This document shows positions 47,090 to 52,729 of a stretch of DNA of 52,729 nucleotides, piece after piece. How positions within the stretch are numbered: the first letter of the stretch is position 1; every line of letters starts with the position of its first letter. A program made the translations under genes and the position numbers. The stretch covers positions 1-52,729 of the IMG/VR virus record IMGVR_UViG_3300010299_000005. One strand, 5' to 3'. The DNA is from a virus (lineage: Duplodnaviria; Caudoviricetes). The notes under the pieces were generated by a model. It saw only the letters and a program-made list of their open reading frames with translations, was not told the DNA's origin and did no database searches.

Positions 47090-49195
47090 TTATGAGTATG
47101 TGCTTTTGATCATTTCATATTTCTGTACACTTGTGCTCTGAAGTGGCATATTATTAAATGTCAGTTGAGGAGCTCCGGTAAAATTAGTTCTATTACCGGT
47201 TATTAATGTAGATATGTTATATAGATGCTTATTTGCTTCAATAGCCAACTCTATCTGTTTAGCACCGATTGATTGTTGTAGATTAATTAATTTATTCAAT
47301 AGAGATGAAAATATTTGATTGTCTTGCTGTGTTTGAACTCTAATCGTTTGAGCTACTTCACTAATACCCACACTTTTATTAAAGCCTAGTATGCCTGAGC
47401 TGCCATTTAAAATTCTATCAATTGACTCCACAACACGCTCACTCGAATCAATTATATCATCTAAAATATCGACAAGTCCATCAAGAGCGTCAAATGTCAT
47501 ATTTGAAAGACTTTGTATAGATGTGCTCAAATTTTGTAGTGCTGTTATTTTAGCGCTATCTAGGTCATTGAGAAAGCTGCCGATACGTTCAAGTGGGTTG
47601 GAGCTAAAGAAGCTTGTTAATCCGTCTAACAGATTGCTAAAGACCATTTGAGTTAATGCTGATGTAAGGGCTTTTATTGCATTGGCAGCTTCAAATATTT
47701 TACCGATATCAGCACTTGCTGTAAATTCCTGTATGTTTTCAAATATGCGTTTGAAAAGATCTGGTACACTTGAGACCAAGGTATATAATTTATCAACGAT
47801 ATTAGTAATAAATTGATCACCAGTATTAATTATTTTTTCTATAAAGTCTTTTGCGTTACTTGATATATCCTTTATAAATTCAAATATAGAATTTAAAGCA
47901 GCGACAGCACTTGAAGCAATGTTTGATATTAAATTACTTACACTTGAAACAATTGATGCAATAGTTGTAAGTGCAGAATTTAAAGCAGTGACAGCACCTA
48001 AAACGAAGTCTGATATTAAATTACTTACACTTGAAACAATTGACGCAATAGTTGTAAGTGCGGAATTTAAAGCAGTGACAGCACCTAAAACGATGTCTGA
48101 TATTAAATTACTTACACTTGAAACAATTGACGTAATAGACGTGAGCAAACCTTGTATTAAATTACTTACACTTGAAACAATTGACGTAATAGACGTGAGC
48201 AAACCTTGTATTAAATTATCGAGCAAATTAATAATAGGTATTAAAATATTAGAAATATTATCTATGAGATAAGTTATTGCTTCAAGTACACCAATAACAA
48301 TTTCTTTTATAGATGAAATCAGGATTTTTAAATAATTTATTTGCTCTATGATTACATCTTTAATTAAATGAACGATTTCAAGTAGAAATTCTCTTATTTC
48401 GGGTGAACTAAAAAATTCAACTATAAAATCAAATAAAGAGGAAAATATAGGTTTTAGTTTGACTATTCCACTAATATAAGCATCAAATAATTTAATAACA
48501 GCATCTGTAAGTGCCTCGATTAATGGAATGATGAAAGGAAGAAGTGAAATTAATGTTTCGACAAATAAACTAACAAAATCACGTATTATAGGCATAATAT
48601 CCTTAAACATATCTCTTAATAAATAAAAAGTGCCTACAACAATTGCAATAGCTGAGGATATTGCAAGAGCTACACCTATAATAGTTCCAAGCGCGATTAG
48701 AATACCTGGTACTGCTTTAGGTAACGCGGTAAGAGCACCTATTACAGCCATTAATCCACTTCCAGCAGCGACACCAGCAGCACCACCACCTAAACCAAGT
48801 AATTTACTTAAAAATCCTTCCTTTTCTTCTTCGGGCATTTGTACACTGAACGAGCCCTTTAAACTTTCAACAACACTATCATCTATGCCAGTTATACGTA
48901 CAGACTGTACATTAACAGTTTCATTTGTAAGTATATCTTCCCGCTCATTTACTGGCTTAAGTTTGTTAAATAAGTCAGTAAATTCTTCTTCAAAAATATC
49001 TGCTGTTTTTCTTACCTTGTTACGCTCTTTAGCAGTAAGATCATCGCCCTGATTGTGCTGTGTTTCAGTATCAATTACACTTGAGATAGTGCCATCAACC
49101 GGTAAACCACGGACAATTTCTCCTATTTCATTTGTGAACTTATCAAGTGTCTCTGAAAGCTCTTTTATAATATTCTGGATGTCCTCGGGGTTCAT
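47090..49195 (-). CDS. tape-measure-like protein
   Basis: All-helical, hydrophobic central segment, 11/18/29-aa periodic repeats, position in the tail module. Confidence 0.7.
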   Translation of the reverse strand: MNPEDIQNIIKELSETLDKFTNEIGEIVRGLPVDGTISSVIDTETQHNQGDDLTAKERNKVRKTADIFEEEFTDLFNKLKPVNEREDILTNETVNVQSVRITGIDDSVVESLKGSFSVQMPEEEKEGFLSKLLGLGGGAAGVAAGSGLMAVIGALTALPKAVPGILIALGTIIGVALAISSAIAIVVGTFYLLRDMFKDIMPIIRDFVSLFVETLISLLPFIIPLIEALTDAVIKLFDAYISGIVKLKPIFSSLFDFIVEFFSSPEIREFLLEIVHLIKDVIIEQINYLKILISSIKEIVIGVLEAITYLIDNISNILIPIINLLDNLIQGLLTSITSIVSSVSNLIQGLLTSITSIVSSVSNLISDIVLGAVTALNSALTTIASIVSSVSNLISDFVLGAVTALNSALTTIASIVSSVSNLISNIASSAVAALNSIFEFIKDISSNAKDFIEKIINTGDQFITNIVDKLYTLVSSVPDLFKRIFENIQEFTASADIGKIFEAANAIKALTSALTQMVFSNLLDGLTSFFSSNPLERIGSFLNDLDSAKITALQNLSTSIQSLSNMTFDALDGLVDILDDIIDSSERVVESIDRILNGSSGILGFNKSVGISEVAQTIRVQTQQDNQIFSSLLNKLINLQQSIGAKQIELAIEANKHLYNISTLITGNRTNFTGAPQLTFNNMPLQSTSVQKYEMIKSTYS
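47925..48216 (-). repeat. nested 54-bp and 87-bp tandem repeats
   Basis: NLIQGLLTSITSIVSSVS x2, then NLISD(I/F)VLGAVTALNSALTTIASIVSSVS x2. Confidence 0.9.
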
Positions 49196-49214
49196 CCAGA
49201 ATATTTATCAAAAA

Positions 49215-49886
49215 TTATAGAGGCTTGGTCGTAAGCTTCATATATTTTTCATGTATGTTTTTTGCATGTATTAAAGCTTTGTTATTAATAGTAACTGGCA
49301 GGTGCTGAATTATCGGAATAAGATCCCCACATTTATTTTGTTGAAAATTTACTTTTGTGCCTGTATTTACTATTTCAATTTCTTCTGTATACTTTATAAT
49401 TTGTAAATTATACATTTGTGCAATATCACTAACATCGCTCTGGCTAAAATAAGAATTAACAGCAATATCGCGTTTAATTGTTGGTATAGTAAAATGAGCA
49501 CGAATCCCATTACATTCAATGTGGCTCTGTGTAGGTTCTTTTTGCTTTTTGATATAATCTATACCACTTGTAATATTCTTTTTTTCAGCAGCTTCAATTT
49601 CAGAATCATTTAATCTATATTGCAAAATAATTGCTTCTCTATCGATAACATACAGTTCAACCTCTTCAATGCAATTTTCCAATAAAATTTTATTAACACA
49701 ATTGAGCGCTTCAATGGTATTGGATTTAACACCATCGCCAATAATAAAGCTAATAAGATTTTGTTGTTGAAGCGCGTTCATTGGTTTGAACTTTACTTTT
49801 CTTTTAGCGCTCGGCACCCATATATCTACTACAGCAGATTTATTAATTTCTTCTAACTGACCAATAAAATTTTGATACTCACTCAT
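49215..49886 (-). CDS. baseplate hub assembly protein (gp26-like)
   Basis: IWVPSAKRKVKFKPMNALQQ...IDREAIILQYR. Confidence 0.55.
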   Translation of the reverse strand: MSEYQNFIGQLEEINKSAVVDIWVPSAKRKVKFKPMNALQQQNLISFIIGDGVKSNTIEALNCVNKILLENCIEEVELYVIDREAIILQYRLNDSEIEAAEKKNITSGIDYIKKQKEPTQSHIECNGIRAHFTIPTIKRDIAVNSYFSQSDVSDIAQMYNLQIIKYTEEIEIVNTGTKVNFQQNKCGDLIPIIQHLPVTINNKALIHAKNIHEKYMKLTTKPL

Positions 49887-50742
49887 TTGGTATATTTAGA
49901 TTGGGGTTAAGTTTCGTCAACTGCTTTTTCTGTTCTTCAACTTCATCAACATACATATTAAGTAAAAGAATGCCCTCTGCAGGTGCAATACTCATTATAT
50001 ACTCAGCTTCTATATGTGCTTTGCTACACAACACATATATATTTTTCAAACAACTAACCAAATCATCTTTAAATATTAACTTAATAAATTCAAACATAGA
50101 TTGATTATAGGGATTAATAGCAATCTCAGATATATTCAAACTTTCATTTTTTGAGCTAATGCAAATGTTATTTTTTTGACGCAGCGCTATAAGGTTGTAT
50201 ATTTTTATTGTTATGGAAGAATCTAGCTTAACAAGAATGTTATCTTTCTTCACATCATCAAGTAAATTAAAATCAACACATTCATTACTTCCTGTGATTC
50301 GAATTGATTTTATTATTCTATGCAGACATTCATTCTGATTTATAATAAAATTACGAGGCGTGTCTATTGTAATTTCAAATATATTATTCGCTATCACCTC
50401 ATTTAGTTCGTAGAGATGTGAGGTGTTGTTTATCTTTTCTAGAATACTATCAATTGTAATGTTGTAAGTTACATCAAGAGAATTTACAAATTTTAAAGTA
50501 TCACCACAACTAATACTGCGTATCTTAAGCAGGCACACAGCTTTATCGATTATATTCAAATCTTCTTCAATGCCTATAACATGTGTTTGAATAATATTAT
50601 TTAAGTATCTACATGTCGCTTTATTGTTTTGCGATATTATAAATTTCTGCAAATCAAAAAAGGTTTTATTACTTATTTGTTTGATTTGAACAGTTTTTTT
50701 GGATATCGGCAAAAACTGCTCGATATAAAAATCATTATTCAT
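49879..50742 (-). CDS. baseplate hub assembly protein (gp26/gp51-like)
   Basis: LPISKKTV, IDKAVCLLKIRSISCGD and C-terminal EYIMSIAPAE. Confidence 0.6.
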   Translation of the reverse strand: MNNDFYIEQFLPISKKTVQIKQISNKTFFDLQKFIISQNNKATCRYLNNIIQTHVIGIEEDLNIIDKAVCLLKIRSISCGDTLKFVNSLDVTYNITIDSILEKINNTSHLYELNEVIANNIFEITIDTPRNFIINQNECLHRIIKSIRITGSNECVDFNLLDDVKKDNILVKLDSSITIKIYNLIALRQKNNICISSKNESLNISEIAINPYNQSMFEFIKLIFKDDLVSCLKNIYVLCSKAHIEAEYIMSIAPAEGILLLNMYVDEVEEQKKQLTKLNPNLNIPNE

Positions 50743-51428
50743 TGTGAAAATTGTGTTGTGCGATTATCAAATACCCATCCCACAGAATTCAACTTAACAG
50801 CACTATCTTCATCATATGTGTAATTATGATCACCTATTTCAACAGGAGCAACATTGTAAAAATTATAAATCTTGCGTATTGGTCTAAAAGCTTGAGTATT
50901 ATATGGTGCAGATCTTGCATGTCTGTATCTTGAAAAGTGTATTATCTGCATGTGTGGACACTTTACCCTCTCGTTTTCATTTTCGTACGCAAAAAAACCC
51001 TTATACGAACATGATATCATCCAAGGTCTAAGTACTGTTTCAACAAAATCAACATTGGTCTCTTTAAAGCGAGTACCGATACGCTGTCCAGCAAAAGGTG
51101 TTCTTTTTCCTGCCATTCCTGGTACATTAAAGCCTCCGAACGGCACAGAAGCTTCTTCTTGGCTAAATCCATCGCCTGGGAGGGTGACATTATCTATAAA
51201 AAAGCAACCTATTTCTTCTGAAAATTGAACCTTGCTATTAATTGCTTTTTCGTAATTAGTAGAGAAGTTCCAATCTCTACCAGATACAAGAGATTCATAA
51301 TCTCTAACTTTTTGTATTATAGGTGTGGGAAAACTATGTATTAATAATATCCACTGTGAGTTAAGTGAAAGATTATATTCCCACTCATCAAATAAGGAAA
51401 GATATGTGTCTCTAGGTGAATTTGCCAC
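50739..51428 (-). CDS. tail-tube-like / gp54-like protein
   Basis: NVTLPG...FKET...RPW...YNFYNVAPVEI; adjacent to the tube gene. Confidence 0.6.
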   Translation of the reverse strand: MANSPRDTYLSLFDEWEYNLSLNSQWILLIHSFPTPIIQKVRDYESLVSGRDWNFSTNYEKAINSKVQFSEEIGCFFIDNVTLPGDGFSQEEASVPFGGFNVPGMAGKRTPFAGQRIGTRFKETNVDFVETVLRPWMISCSYKGFFAYENENERVKCPHMQIIHFSRYRHARSAPYNTQAFRPIRKIYNFYNVAPVEIGDHNYTYDEDSAVKLNSVGWVFDNRTTQFSQ

Positions 51429-51439
51429 CTATATATTTA

Positions 51440-51988
51440 TTAGAGTGGTGCGTTCTCTTCAAAGAAATGATACGCAATGGTCGTATCAAAATATACAGGT
51501 TGTCCCGTACCTTCTGCCATTGAATATTGAATCTTGCCTACATTACGAATATTAGCACCTACAAGCTTAAAGATCGTTACCGGTTCAAGATTCTTATCAA
51601 CTTGAGCAAGTGTGATTGTACTGCCGCGACCCGCTATGTTGTAATCACCTGTACTTGTTGCATCATCAAATACTCTACGTGATTCAGCAAGAAATTTATT
51701 TCTTAATTGTGAGTTAGCGTCACAATAAAAATTAATATTATATGCTTCACTACCTGGATATCTAACTGTTCCAGCGATATTAAACGGTAGTCCCATAAAT
51801 TTTGATTGCACATTAACATTTTCGCGAGAAGGTAATTCTGCAGTGCGTGCGTAGATCAATTCACCTTCGTTAAATGCTGCACCACCAGCAAAATTAATAC
51901 TTAGAACACGAAAGAGAAAATCACGTGAAAATTCTCTTGCAATCGCGCGATCATAAAAATTACCAATTGTTTGTAGCGTCTGGGCCAT
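51440..51988 (-). CDS. tail tube protein, T4 gp19-like
   Basis: RDFLFRV, ARTAELPSR...FMGLPFNIAGTVRY and ITLAQVD. Confidence 0.8.
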   Translation of the reverse strand: MAQTLQTIGNFYDRAIAREFSRDFLFRVLSINFAGGAAFNEGELIYARTAELPSRENVNVQSKFMGLPFNIAGTVRYPGSEAYNINFYCDANSQLRNKFLAESRRVFDDATSTGDYNIAGRGSTITLAQVDKNLEPVTIFKLVGANIRNVGKIQYSMAEGTGQPVYFDTTIAYHFFEENAPL

Positions 51989-52019
51989 ATAATTATTTAA
52001 TCATCTCGATAAAAAATAG

Positions 52020-52729
52020 TCATTTTTTATTTGATTGGTTAGCAATTACTTTTGCTATTTTACGCATTCTCGGTGCTACACCCGTTCCTTCTTTTACAGA
52101 CTGCCTGTACTCTGCATTATCAAGAAACTCCTCTGCTGCTTTCCTCCACATTCCTTTATTAATTAATTTAATTGTATTAGGTGATCCTGACACATCTCCT
52201 CTAAAAATCCCATCTAAAAGAGCTATCTTTAATTCATCATTATATGTATCGTATTTTGGAAACAGTCTACGAGCAGTTGCTAATTTTTTCTTTGAATCCT
52301 TTTCAAATAGATCAAGAACTTCCTTTTCACTAAGTGTTTTATTCTCATATGTAGGCAATTCTTCTTTTGTAACAAGATGTCCAACACCAATTGTATTATA
52401 TCCCTTGTGATCCTTGTACATTTTGTGATATTCTATTCCTGCTTCACCTAGTTCATTTTTTCTAATATATTCCATTGCTTTTTTGAGAAACTCTGTGCCT
52501 TTATTGGTATCAATAGGAGCAACTTGCTTCTGTTTTGGCGGCGTTATTGCTTTTTTAAGCATTTCTTGACCCGCTTCAGCATTTTTTGGTGCGGTTTTTT
52601 GTATTTCTGAGTATATTTTTTGAACTTTGGGAGAATTCTGTATTTCAACAGCCTTTTGTTCTATTCTTTTAACAACTTCTGGATCTTTTTCTCTTAATTG
52701 CTGCTTTACCTTATCTCCAATTTCAAACA
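52020..52729 (-). CDS. T4-lysozyme (GH24)-like domain protein; 5' end lies beyond the window
   Basis: E...MYKDHKGYNTIGVGHL...WRKAAEEFLD; the frame is open to the window edge. Confidence 0.85.
   Translation of the reverse strand, partial: FEIGDKVKQQLREKDPEVVKRIEQKAVEIQNSPKVQKIYSEIQKTAPKNAEAGQEMLKKAITPPKQKQVAPIDTNKGTEFLKKAMEYIRKNELGEAGIEYHKMYKDHKGYNTIGVGHLVTKEELPTYENKTLSEKEVLDLFEKDSKKKLATARRLFPKYDTYNDELKIALLDGIFRGDVSGSPNTIKLINKGMWRKAAEEFLDNAEYRQSVKEGTGVAPRMRKIAKVIANQSNKK

Noticed and set aside
1-52729. Stop-codon reassignment (alternative genetic code)
   Set aside because: Conserved genes (rmlA/B, gp6, gp44, dut) are full length in the standard code, and TAA, TGA and TAG all end genes.

Overview
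This window is a fragment of a large, AT-rich, T4-like contractile-tailed phage genome read in the standard genetic code. The host is probably Gram-negative, because lipoproteins and a spanin-like pair are present. The left part (1-24 kb) is accessory/early material: a vWA protein, a DUF6745-like pair, a metallophosphoesterase, an HNH nuclease, a PseT-like phosphatase, a lysis cassette, a RadA-like ATPase, a Ro60/TROVE protein, macrodomain and Cys-phosphatase genes, and a dTDP-rhamnose pathway. The middle (24-36 kb) encodes virion fibre/decoration proteins. The right part (36-52.7 kb) is a T4-like baseplate/tail module with a clamp loader and dUTPase embedded in it. The best candidate for an undescribed system is the Ro60/TROVE gene followed immediately by a promoter and two tandem ~65-70 nt structured RNAs. 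These RNAs have covarying stems, a Y-RNA-like GGUGAAG motif, and a variable loop that resembles a tRNA anticodon loop. Other highlights are an integron-like gene cassette bounded by attC-like hairpins, a 2.7 kb insert flanked by a 46-bp direct repeat that duplicates a gene end, a twin-arginine-like motif hidden behind a putative prohead-protease site, an rml cluster lacking RmlC, and near-leaderless TAAATA late promoters. All functional calls come from motif recognition by eye; no database searches were run.
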